Part shown: piece after piece, positions 25,681 to 38,300 of the stretch
How the letters are laid out: each line of letters begins with the position of its first letter
Position numbering within the stretch: the first letter of the stretch is position 1
From: Octopus sinensis
Lineage: Eukaryota
Assembly: GCF_006345805.1 (NCBI RefSeq)
Contig: NC_043005.1
Coordinates: forward strand, 91,202,001 to 91,266,000
Length of the DNA stretch: 64,000 bases
Reading direction: 5' to 3'
Position numbers and translations under genes: made by a program
The notes under the pieces: generated by a model
What the model was told of the DNA's origin: nothing
Databases searched by the model: none
The model's input: only the letters and a program-made list of their open reading frames with translations

Positions 25681-27526
25681 CTTAATTTACGTGATAAAGT
25701 AATTGGTTGATCGTAATCAAAATTCAGAGTTGCATCGATACACCAAAATTGAAAGCAATATGAGCAAAATTAAAGTGGTGGGGGTTATTTTGCGAATGAA
25801 AAGACGAGATCCGAGAGCGATTGGGAGAGAGTTAACAGAAATTTATTGAAATTAGTGCGCTACCCGGAACTTTCATGAGCAGATAATATTTGATAGAACA
25901 CCCTAGTCTACCGTTGTTCATGTTATTTTCGTTTAGACAGAAGTTCGGTGTCTTAAATTTGAAAAACTTGAGATTTATCATTATGTCTGAAGCAAGCAAA
26001 CGAAAGGTTGTGTGATATTGCTTTTTTTGTTTTCTTAATTGTATTATATTTCTTTGATTGAGAAAATACATCTTAAAACGAAATAAAAGATGGAAAGACT
26101 TCCATTTGTAGCCCCACCGTAAAATTTGGAAGTCTTTCCGAAAAGATTTCGTTTTTAATAGGAAAGAAGTCCAAAAGAATTATATTGTCTTGGACAATCC
26201 TTCGATATTAGTCATTCACCCACACAACTTTCCCTCATGTCATAGATAAAGAGGTTTAAGAAACGGTGAATTACGTTGTCTCTTCACACCAACGCTCTAG
26301 ACCAATACCGAAAGAACGCCTTTTATTGATTGTTATGTTTTATCTTATATGTTAAGTTTTAATTGATAAGGTCAAAGTTAAAACAAAGCGACTTTCCCAT
26401 TTTTTTTATGTTTGTAAATTTGGCGTTGAACAAATTTTTTAAAATTGTTAGTAAATACGGAATTCTTTTGCTTTTGCAGTCTTTTTGTTTTCATAATGGT
26501 TATTGTGATTGAACTGAAAAAGAATTTGTAATAATTATATTAAGTTTCTCAATAACGAATTAGTAAACAATATAAATGGTAAATAAATTTTTAAAAAACA
26601 TCAACATAGAACAATAGCACGTGCTTTGACAAGAGTTTTGTAGGAGTTGTCTTTCCCTGAAACGTTCATTTCAATTTAATTCTTATAATTAATCCGTTAT
26701 CGGTATTTAATCTTATTTAATTTGTTCCTATATGGCTTTTAATTGTCCTCAAATCTCTCTCGATCATCCTGTTTGAAATGTAACCAGGAAAAGACAGGAT
26801 GGTCATCGTCAGAAGGGTTTATTCGATCAAGCTTGACCTATCACTGAACAATAACAGATGACACATTGATTGTTCGATCAGCCAGCTAGAAATAGCAGCC
26901 AAATGTACCTCAAATCACTCGAGTTTTAATCGCTCTTCTACACACACGCACACTTAAAAAGGCTGTATATAGTCTTTATGGTTGGAAAGCCTTTGATCTT
27001 AGGTCTACTGAATCTGAGCTTACCTAGGGCTATATAACAATATGCTGGTCTGATGAGCCTGCGTGGTAACCCCTTTGTATTCACTTTCCCCGCCTCAAAC
27101 AGCATCCAGAACTTTCAAATCAAACCCCATATAGATAAGAAAGAATTCTGATTTAAGCATGCCATGCAACCCCTCATAACCATTTTTATTTTATGGAACT
27201 TTCAGAAAATTTTTGCGAATTTGTGTTCACACGGGAATTCATACGGTTATACAACAAAAACAATAAAAAAATTTTTTGCATGATTTAAGAGCTATTTAAC
27301 TGTTATTTTTAGCTCATCTCATACCCTCCTCGTTTGGGCGCACATGGTGGAGACGTAAACCACCCCATCTTTTTTAAAAGAAACCCACGTTTTCGGCTAT
27401 GGAGAATCCGATTCTGAAAAAAAATTAAAATCGCAATTTTACACACCCACCTCCCCTCATTTATTCATTTTTTTCACTTTTTTCAGAAATTTCTTTTGGC
27501 GAAATACGTAGGAAAATAGGGAGATA

Positions 27527-28267
27527 GATCTTTTCCTTTTGAATGGCACTTTGTAACATAATTTCTAGGTAACTAAAAAGTTTTAAACTTCGTATACTGG
27601 TAGAATATGTTTATAAAACATCATTTTCTCTTGGCTTTATTGAGAAAATTCTATAGGTTGTAAGATATTTCGTCTTTAATTTCGAGCATTTCGGCAATTT
27701 TAACCAATCGCTGACGTCCATTTAGGTAAACAACAAACAGATTGGGTTTATTTACATTTGTGAAGAAAGAAAGATACCCTTCCTCCACCCCTAACCTTAA
27801 ATCTAAAATAGATTGAAATGCAATAGATCGATACTAGGGTTATAATTATGGGTGACAATTTCATACGACACCGCTACGGAAAATGGGATTTTTTTCTAGC
27901 GGTGTCAACTGAAAATGTCACCCATAATTATGGCCCTAGTATTTCAATCTATTTTAGAGTTAGGGTTAGGGGTTGGGGAAGGGTATCTTTCTTTCTTCAC
28001 AAATGTAAATAAGCCCAATCTGTTTCTTAAAGGAGGGACATATTCATTATGCACAGAATGTTGTTTACCTAAATGGACGTCAGCGATTGGTTAAAATTGC
28101 CGAAATGCTCGAAATTAAAGACGAAATATCTTACAACCTATAGAATTTTCTCAATAAAGCCAAGAGAAAATGATGTTTTATAAACATATTCTACCAGTAT
28201 ACGAAGTTTAAAACTTTTTAGTTACCTAGAAATCATGTTACAAAGTGCCATTCAAAAGGAAAAGATC
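27527..28267. mobile_element. Foldback/MITE with ~350-bp inverted arms
   Basis: GATCTTTTCCTTTTGAATGGC... at 27527 is mirrored by ...GCCATTCAAAAGGAAAAGATC at 28267; ~20-nt spacer near 27877-27896; older single arms of the family at 13585, 13785 and 42250. Confidence 0.85.
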
Positions 28268-28598
28268 CAGGGAGATTATGATTCTGAAAAAAATCGTTTG
28301 TAAAATTTCAATTTTTCAAAAAAATATTTGAAAATTATCCCAACCCCTTCCCCTCTCGATTCTACGGCCTTCAAGCAGGCTATCCACATGCTAGAAATAA
28401 CAGCCAAATCTCACAGGAATTTGTTAGGCAAAAATAAAATAATGAAAGAAATATCTAAGCAATCTACTCACCTTTAAAGATGGGGAAGAGATGACTAGCA
28501 AGTGATAGAGAAATAGGAGTGGCTGGATGGGGGTGTGGTATATATGTGAGGGCATACATCATGTGCAGATAGGCATGTGAGAGAGTGGAGAAGCCTGC

Positions 28599-28639
<41 letters not shown>

Positions 28640-29012
28640 CTGAAGTTGTCTGTGTATGGCAGGTTTGGTAGCCTTCAACTAACACTATCTCCTCTGAGAC
28701 CCTGCGGCGCAAGTTGACCAAAATTGAGAGTATGGTAGAAGGCTTGCTCTTCCCTCCGTACAAGAAAAAAGTTCAAATCGGACCATGTTTACACCAAAAA
28801 TTATTTACATCAAAAAGGTGCTTTTTTTTCTATGAAAATCCCTGTTTTTACGATTTTTTGACTGCTTTGTCACCATTTTTCGGTGTATTTCAACCAGAAA
28901 AATGTTCACTTAAAGAGAATAACAAGCTACATAATGCAAAATTTTTACTTTTTAAAAATTCCAATTCTAAAGGGTCGAAACAAACCCGACCAACACCAGG
29001 CGATACTGCTAG
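28599..29012 (+). mobile_element. Non-autonomous Helitron
   Basis: (TA)n-expanded head ...TATAAAGCTGAAGTTG; 3' degenerate hairpin ACCCGACCAACACCAGGCGATACTG then CTAG|T. Confidence 0.7.
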
Positions 29013-29326
29013 TATATATATAGTTCAAATTTAAAGAAAACAAACACAAAGACAGGTGAAAGAACAACAAGCAGGTGTATTAGTTTAACGCTCGGGAAGA
29101 ATGGAAAACTCTTTGACAGAAAAGATTAAGAGGACAGAGAGGGAGAAAACATTGTAATATATGAGAGGAGTTGGCTTCATTTAGCAAAATGATGGAGAAA
29201 CGTAGCAGCTAATTCCTTTTAATCTTTACTAATCTGTTATAATAATTCCCTAACTGCACTGTTATAACTTAATCAAATGGTTAATGGTTATTTGCCTTTC
29301 TTTCTTTTTTCTTTTTCTTTTTACAG

Positions 29327-29368
29327 AGTTCAGATAATGCAGAAGCTGAAGTCAAGAAGCAGAAAACC
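29327..29368 (+). CDS. APEX1: APEX1 exon ([14 protein letters not shown]), first identifiable coding exon
   Basis: Long polypyrimidine tract plus TTACAG acceptor and GTAAGT donor; 42 nt, phase 0/0; basic patch like the N-terminal NLS region of APE1. Confidence 0.8.
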
Positions 29369-32300
29369 GTAAGTATGATAGTTTTAACTATTTCTTAGAA
29401 AGGAGTTGTGGGGAGGGGAGTTCTTTGTTTTGTTTTCAGAAGGGGAAGGGCAGTGTACATGGCTTTTCTTTTCAGAGCGTTCAAGAATTGTGAGGAAAAG
29501 GAAAAGGAGAAGTTATCCTCAAATTAGAAATAATAGCTAAATGTCTTTCAAATCAACCTATTTAGGGGCTTCTTTGTTGGGTTGTGTTTCAAACTGTGGA
29601 GATAAACTGCTGTATTTGATTACATGTAAGAAGTACTTATTTTTTAAAAATATATCTCAAAAAACTCATCCTAGGACCTATATTAATTACTTTAAAGCAC
29701 TAAAAGCTCTTTTTCTTGAATATATGCTGATGAAATTAGGGTGTTTCTGATTTGCCCATGCATCTGTTATACCATGAAATATGGTCATATAGATACCAGT
29801 AATATTTTAGAGTTAATTCCAATGAACTATATTCTCCAATATAAATGTTTCGCCCTATGTTATTCATAAGAATTTATTGTTGTAATTTGGCAAAAATCAT
29901 TAAAGTGCAGTATTTAATTAGCCTTTCACATTCTGTTTATGTTATACTCCTTTATGTACCCTTAAAGCTATCATTCAACATTCAATAAAACAATTTCTGA
30001 GGTTGATATCATCATCATTATTATTCCCTGTCTGTATTCTGTGTTGGTGTGAATTGGATGATTTGACAGGATCCTACATGTCAGAGGATTGTGTTGAGTT
30101 CCAGTGTCCGTTTTGGCCTGGTTTCTAGGGTTGGGTGCCTTTCCTAATGCAAACCACTTTATAGAGTGTTTTTGATGCTTTTACATGTCACCAGCACTGG
30201 TGAGGTCACTAAGTGGCTTGCAAGAGAAGACCACTTGTTTGAGGGAGGTGGCTTTGTACCAGATGTTGAGAGGAAAGAGCATGCTAGAAGGATCGGAACA
30301 GTTGTCTTGCTGTAGAGGAAATACATGGCTTCCCCTGCTGGAAAAGGATAAAAGAAGATGGCAGTAATCAGGTGTGAAGATATATGTCCAAGGTAACAAG
30401 TGGGTGAATATGAATGTGGGGAGGATAGGGACAGAGGAAAGGTGGGGGGAATAGGGAGAGCAACAGATGAGTTGAGGAAGAGAATAGATGATGCAATGAA
30501 CAGCAAACAGGGATGATTGACTAAAACCTTTGATGATGATAATGATGATATCTTGCATGGCTGCAGTCCAAAGACTAAAGAACTACAAATGGTGATCTCA
30601 AGCTCAGCAATATCTTTCAGCATTTTAAAACCAGAATAGTTTGTGACAGTATACAGTAAGCACATTAGACAATGTGTGTTGAGATCAGTAGATAAAGAAC
30701 GGTAAGGTTATTTGATTGTGTATGTTGTCATTAATCATTTCACTTGTAGATTTATGAAATTTGTAAAATTGCTGTTGTTGATTCTTTCAAAAGGATGCTG
30801 AGAAACAAGAAGGTTCTGCAGATAAAGATGGCAAGACTCACAACCTAAAAGTTATATCCTGGAATATTAATGGAATTCGAGCTTTCTTGGGTGTGAGTAC
30901 AATAATGTGAAATCATTTATATATTACTAGCACTATGACCCGGCAACGCCGGGTCATAGTGCTAGTGCATGCATATACAGCTGCGTGTGTGTGCACATAG
31001 ACACAAGTACTGTCCAAATCTCCAACCAGTCACATACAGCTAGCTGACATTCAATTGGCATATCAAGTTTCGGGCATTTTGATTGAGTTTTGGATAGAAA
31101 ATTCACAAAAAAGTCACTTCTATTGATTTTTTAATGGCTTTGCAGGGTGACTGGGGAAATGTAAAGATGTGCACAACCACCCTTGGACGGTTTTGAATGA
31201 CCATAGAAAGTGCGAGCCCTCTAACTGAAAAATTGTGGATTTGTATAAAGGATACACGCGCAGACATTTTGCCATTTATATGTAGAGAGATTTCTATTCA
31301 CTTTTCATCAGAGAGTTTAAGTAACACCTAATTTGAAAATTATGATGACTTTGTTCAGTCAAGAACACACATAAATAGTAAAGAGGGCAAAACTGCACCG
31401 TCCACATATGACACCTAGCTTCATTCTATGCCTGAGAATTCTGCTACTAAGAACAAGAATGGTTAAGAAGATATCTGAATTTGCTACCTGCTGAATATTT
31501 GCAATACAAACACAGATGTAGTTAAGAAGCTCACTTCAGAACCACATGGTTTCAGGTTCAATCCCACTGTGCAGAATCTTGGCCAAGTTCCTCCTACTAT
31601 AGCCTCAGGTTGCCCAAAGTCTTGTGATTAAATTTACTAGATGGAAACTAAATGAAGCTCATGTATTTATATTCATTTTGCCTTGTCTTTGACATCATGC
31701 ACTTCTTGCAAACAAATGTCCCCATTTTGGAACTGGTTCCTCACACTTGCAGTATTTCATGAAACATGTCTAGCTATTTCACCAGTTGCACCAACATCTA
31801 TTTTTGTGAGTTCCTTGGCTTTGTGGATAAGAAGTTTGCTTCCACATTTAATATCCCTGTGTGGCACATTGGGCAAAAGTCTTCTGCATCAGGCGCAGTC
31901 CTACCAAACACTTGTGTGTGAATTTGGTGGATGGAAACTGAGAGGAGCCTGTCATGTGTATGAGTTGGTGCCTCCTCGTCCTAATATCACGTGATTGTGG
32001 CAAGCATCACTGTCATCCAAGCAGAATCCAATCTTCCCTATGAACATGCCCAACCAAGGGGAAATATTAATTTACTACAAAACAGTCGAGAGATGGCAAC
32101 AGAAGGTTTATCTGGCTGTAGAAAATTCTGCCTCAGCAAATTCCAGCAAATGTTAATTGAGAGGAAATAAATGTAGAACTAATTAAAGAAAAAAAAAATG
32201 ACTATTTAACATAATTTCCTTGATATTGTAAATTTTATATTTTTATAATTATAGAAAAATGGATTTGACTATTTCAAGAGAGAGGACCCAGATATATTTT

Positions 32301-35300
32301 GTCTTCAAGAAACAAAATGCCCTGAATCCCAAGTCCCCGAAGGTTGTAAAATCAAAGGTTACCATAATTACTGGTACAGTGCTGAGACTGATGGTTATGC
32401 AGGATGTTGTTTGTATAGCAAGAAAGAACCGATCTCTGTCACCAAAGGAATTGGTAAAGTTCAGTTAATTTCTTTAATCTTTCATGTCTTCTTTTATGCG
32501 CATTATATCTACTTGTTAATAGTGTGTCTTCATCATCATCATCATTTTAATGTCCACTTTTCTGTGCTTACATGGGTTAATCGGAATTTAAGGCAGATTT
32601 TCAATGGCCAGATGTCCTTCCTGTTGCTAATCTCACCTGTTTCCAATTAAGGTAATATGTCTTCAGTTGTGGAAGCAAGATCTAGAATTGAAGAGCCTTA
32701 AAATTAACCTAGCAAAAACCAAAGTCTTAGTAAGGAGGAAAGCAGACAAATCACAAATCCCCTGAGGTAGATGTTACTGCTTGATCTGTAGGAAAGGCAT
32801 TATGGGAAATGCCATAAAATGTACCCAGTGTAAGCTATGGACACATAAGAGATCCAGCAATATCAGAGGAAGGTTAACAGGGAAACTAGTTTTTGTGTGT
32901 GGAAGGTGTACCGGTACAATTAACACTAAAAATGTACAGATTATAGACTCCATCAAATGCCTGGGGAAAAAACTAGTTGTTCATATCTTCCAATACATAG
33001 GTGACCAAGTCAGTAGTGGGGGTGGATGCTCAGAGAGCGTAGCTGCTAGAATAAGAATAGGTTGGGAAAAGTTTAGAAGGCTCTTACCGCTGTTGACAAT
33101 AAAGAGCCTCTCCCTTAGAGTGAAAGGCAGATTGTATGATGCCTGTGTTGCGAACAGCCATGCTACATGGTAGTGAAACATGGGCTATGACTGCCGAGGC
33201 CTTGTGTAGGCTTGAAAGAAATGAAGCTAGTATGCTTTGCTTGATGTGCAATGTCAGTGTGCCTGCACGACAGAGTGTAAATGTCTTGAGAGAAAAGTTG
33301 GGCATAAGATGTGGTGTGCAAGTGATGACCTTGCATGGATTGTTAAGAAATGCCGATCTCTACCAGAGAAAGGAAACTGTGGAAGGAAGACAAGGAACAA
33401 AGTGTTGAAGTATGATCTTCAAACGTTGGGCCTTGTGGAGGCAATGACTAGTGACCGAGACCTATGACGATATGCTTGACAAGACCCGTCAAGCCAAGTA
33501 AAATCATAGTTATGGCTGTTGTTGGTAACACATAACTGGCACCCATGCCAGTGGCTCATATAAAGCACCTTTTGAGTGTTGGGCCTCACGGAGGCAATGA
33601 CAAATGATTGAGACCTTTGGCAATATGCTGTGCTTGAGAAGAAAGATCCATCAAGCCAATGAGGTCGATGCCAGTGTAGCATAAGTAGCACCTTTCAAGC
33701 GCTGGGCCTCATGGAGGCAATGGCAAATGACAGGTGAAATCATAGTTGTGGCAGATACTGGTGTCATGCCAGTGGCATGTAAAAGCACCCATTACACTCT
33801 CAGAATAGTTGGCGTTAGGAAGCATCCAGCTATAGAAGACATGCCAAATCAGACGGGGGTCTGAAGCAGCCCCTCAGCTTACCAGCCCTGGTCAAACCAT
33901 CAAACCCATGCCAGCATGGACAAATGTATGCTAAATGATGATGATGATGGTGGTCAGATGTTTTCACTGATTGAAAATGAAGGTCACCACTTTCAGGATG
34001 GTGGCACTTGTTTCCAACTGTCATGCAGTGTCAAGACAAAGAGACACGAACACACACACACACACATATATGTAATACAACAGGTTTCCTTCAGTTTCCC
34101 TCTGCGAAATCCACTCACAAGGTTTACATCAGCCTGAGACTATAGTAGAAGACACTTTCCACAGGTGCCACATAGTTGGACTGAAATCGAAACCATCTGG
34201 TTGGGAAGTAAAATTTCCAATGGCACAATGCATGGCTGTGTAGTTAAGTTTACTTCCCAACCTTTTATGTCTTTTACAGTAGCTTCAGCCTGACTACAAA
34301 AGCCTTGTGAATGGGTATGGTTGACAGAAATTGAAACAAGCCCATCACCCACCCACACACACACACACACACTTGTATGTATATGTCTAGGAGAAGTATT
34401 TGTGTATCCTTATCTTAGCATCATTATACATTGCTTAGAGTCAGTTTAATTGAGGATGCCATTACACCTCCTCTGACCATCTCCCCATCATTCTTTGTAT
34501 CACTCATGGATTCAGTTTCCAACATACTTTTCATTTACCATTACCACTCAGATCATAATGTAATCCTTGTATTGTCCTTTTTCATGCCCTGATGATCTTC
34601 CACCCAAGGTATTTTGAAATGCAAGCTTATATATCTATATATGTTTTGTAATTTAAATTGGATGCGAAATGAAACAGTTGTAGGTGAAGATGTTAATTAA
34701 TTAATTTGTTTCCATTGAATCTCTCTGTTTTCAAACCTAATAATTACATGCACGCACACACGTATAAATGATTCATGCTGTTTCTTTTTAGCTCTAGTTT
34801 TCAAATCTAGAAGACATAAATTTCGGTCATGCCAAAATGCTTGTTTATCAACAGCAACATTTTCATATCTTGTGAGAGCTAGATGAAAATAATCACAAAT
34901 TTGAGTGTCTTTATGAAAAATAAAGAGAAAGTACTTGTAGCAAATGTGAGCCCACAAACCATACAGATGCTCCATAACACACATAGTAAACTATATTACT
35001 TCGTCCAAGAGAGTCTGTACACTAGGACTTTTGTTATTTCAGGAATTGAGAAACATGACAAAGAAGGAAGAGTTATCACTGCCGAGTTTGAAAAGTTCTA
35101 TGTTGTCACAACCTGTGAGTAACGTTTACAGCTAACTTTTAATTGTTTAAATGTTATCCTTGCACGAGAGACAACAGCTATGTGAGTTGCTTTGGAATTT
35201 TTTGTGTGTTTTTTCTATGATAGAAACACTCATTTTAAACTGTTCATATCTAAATTAAAACTTAGTGTCAGCAGCCAGCTCAATATACATTAATAAATGA

Positions 35301-38300
35301 AACAAAGTGGTTATATTAAATATTTCTTCCATATTCTTTATGGTTTTCAAAACTAATTAAAACAGGGAAAATACAGACTAACAAAGAAAGTAAGCTTCAT
35401 ATTTGCCATTTTCATTAGTGAACACACCAGGAATAGATTCTCTTAAATGCCAAGATGGCTCACTTGAAGTAGTTGATAGCTTTTGTTAGCTAGATGTAAT
35501 TGACAAACAAGGTAGTTTGTTTCAAAAGTATAGCAGCCTGGCTAAGAACAGGTTGGGAAAAGTTCAGGGAACTTCTACTATTGCTGGCAACGAAGGTCTT
35601 TTTCTTCAGAGTAAAGGACAGATTGTATGATGCTTGTGTTAGGAATATGATGTTGCACGGCAATAAGACGACCTTTAAATGCAGAGGACTTTAGAAAACT
35701 GGAAAGAAATAAAACCAGCATGCTCTAATGGATTTACAATGTAAGTGTGCATGGACAACAAACTACAAATATGTGGAGGAAAAAATTGGGCATAAGAGGC
35801 ATCAGATGTAGTACATAAGAAGGAAGACTGTGCTGGTATGGGCATGTGATGCACATGGATGAGGGCAGCTGTAGAAAGAAGTGCTTCTTCTCATTTTAAA
35901 TGGACAGAGCTTGCAAAAAAGAGAAAACCAGGAAGTAGTGATTGCTGATCTTGATTGTCACATATGTGCAGTAAAATCTTGGTTTCTCATCCTTGTATAG
36001 CTTATAGGAATTTTGTACAAATTATATCCATGCCAGTGGCACGTAGGGCCTCACAGAGGAAATGACAAAGACTGAGACTTCTCAGATATGCTGTGACTGT
36101 GAAGACCCGACAAATGAAGTGAGTTCATGGCTCGCAGGACGACCTGCTGTGCTAACCTTGGATCGTAGAGTGACCCGCTGTTCTTGAGGAGACCAAAATG
36201 AAAATCAAATGGAAATTGTAGTTAAGATACTCATGCCGGTGACACGTTAAAAGCACCGTCCAAACGAGGCAGATGCCAGCGCCACCTGACTGGCGTCCGT
36301 GTCAGTGACATGTAAAAGCACCAACCGATTGTGGCTGTTTGCCAGCCTGCTCTGGCCCCACTACACTCAGAGTGGTTGGCGTTAGGAAGGGCATCCACTG
36401 CCAAACCAGACTGGAGCCTGGTACAGCCTCCATGGCTTACCAAACCCCGGTTGAACCGTCCAACCCATGCTAGCATGGAAAACGGACGTTAAATGATGAT
36501 GATGATGACTTACTCTATTGGTCTCTCTGGCCGAACTGCTAAGTCACAGGGACAGTTCGACCGGGGTCTGGGAAGCCAGGAGGCTGCACCATGCACCAGT
36601 CTGATCTGGCAGTGTTTCTACAGCTAGATGCCCTTCCTAACGCCAACCACTCCATGAGTGTAGTGGGTGCTTTTTACGTGCCACCGGCACAGGTGCCAGG
36701 GGAGGCTGGCAGTGGCCCACGATTGGTTGGTGCTTTTTACGTGCCACTGGCACAGAAGCCAGTCAAGGCAGCACTGGCATCAGCCACGTTCAAATGGTCC
36801 TTTTTATGGTAATAAGTAGGAAATTACATCCAAAGTAAATGGATATTTTGATGTTGAACTGTAGCAGATGTGGGACATTCATTTTATTGAAACCACAAAT
36901 AATGTTAGATTAAAGATTAAATGGATTAAATTTTAAAAGATTTGGAATTTTTACCTTTATTTTTCCTTCTCTTTTCTACAGATATTCCTAATGCTGGCAA
37001 GAAATTAGTCCGATTGGATTACAGAATCAAAGAATGGGATGTGGATTTCTTAGACTATCTTGTCAAGTTAGATGAAAAGAAACCTGTCATATTATGTGGA
37101 GATCTGAATGTTTCACATCTTGAAATAGGTAAGTGTTCTGGGTTTTTTTTTATCTGTTTCTGTGTTAAGGTTTATGTTTTGTATGTTGCATTGTTCAAGG
37201 CAGGCTAAGAACTGAGGTCTTTTAGACTCCTAACCCTTTGCCATTCAGATTCTTCTGTCAAATGAAAAGCTTATTTATTCACAATATTTTGAATTAATCG
37301 TGCATTATCTCTTAGTTTTGAGATTTTGTTTATTTTTAGAATGACATTGTAGGGTAGGCACGAGTGGCCAGATCTGGCCAGTTTGAACCCAAAACTTGTT
37401 TTGAACATACATAAAACAAATAGAATATTTGAAACGTATTTTGAAAGTAAGACAAAAGTTCACTTTGCAGCCACATGTCTCTATATATATATTGATGTTT
37501 ATATATCCAATATGTATTTACATATGTAGCTATATACAAATATACAGCAGCTACATGTATACACACACACATCATCATCATCATCGTTTAACATCCATTT
37601 TCTGTGCTAGTATGGGTTGGACAAGAAATCATTGTCAGCAGTGGGATATATAACATTGTCTATACCTACACATGCATACACTTTTTTATGAGAAATAAAA
37701 TCTTCCTTGTTGAATTCATTCCAGATCTAAAAAATCCAAAGAATAATAAGAAAAATGCTGGATTTACTCAAGAAGAAAGAGATGGATTTAGTAAGATGTT
37801 GGATAAAGGATTTGTTGATTCATTTCGACACCTGTACCCCAAGAAAACAGATGTTTTTACCTTCTGGACATACATGATGAATGCTAGAGCTAAAAATGTT
37901 GGATGGTAAGTTTTATTGTGAATTTAATTAGATATAGGCACACACGTGGCTGGGTGGTTAAGGAGCTTGCTTGACAGCTATGTGGCCTTGGGTTCAGTCT
38001 CAATGCACATTAGTGCGTCAAGCTGACCAAAGCCTTGTGAGTGGATTTGGTAGATGGTAGTTGAAAGAAGCTCATTACATATGTATGTGTGTGTGTGTGT
38101 GTGTGTTTTTGTATGTCTCCCACCACAATTTAACAATTGATGCTGATTTGATTACATCCCTGTGACTTAGCAGTTCAGCCAGAGAGACCAATAGAGTAAG
38201 TCATCATCATCATCATTTAACGTCCGTTTTCCATGCTAGCATGGGTTGGATGGTTCGACCGGGGTCTGGTAAGCCATGGAGGCTGCACCAGGCTCCAGTC

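Noticed and set aside
27045-27080. CTGATGA-GCC-tgcgt-GGT-AAC resembling a hammerhead
   Set aside because: No GAAA and no convincing stems I and III; at best a heavily decayed motif.
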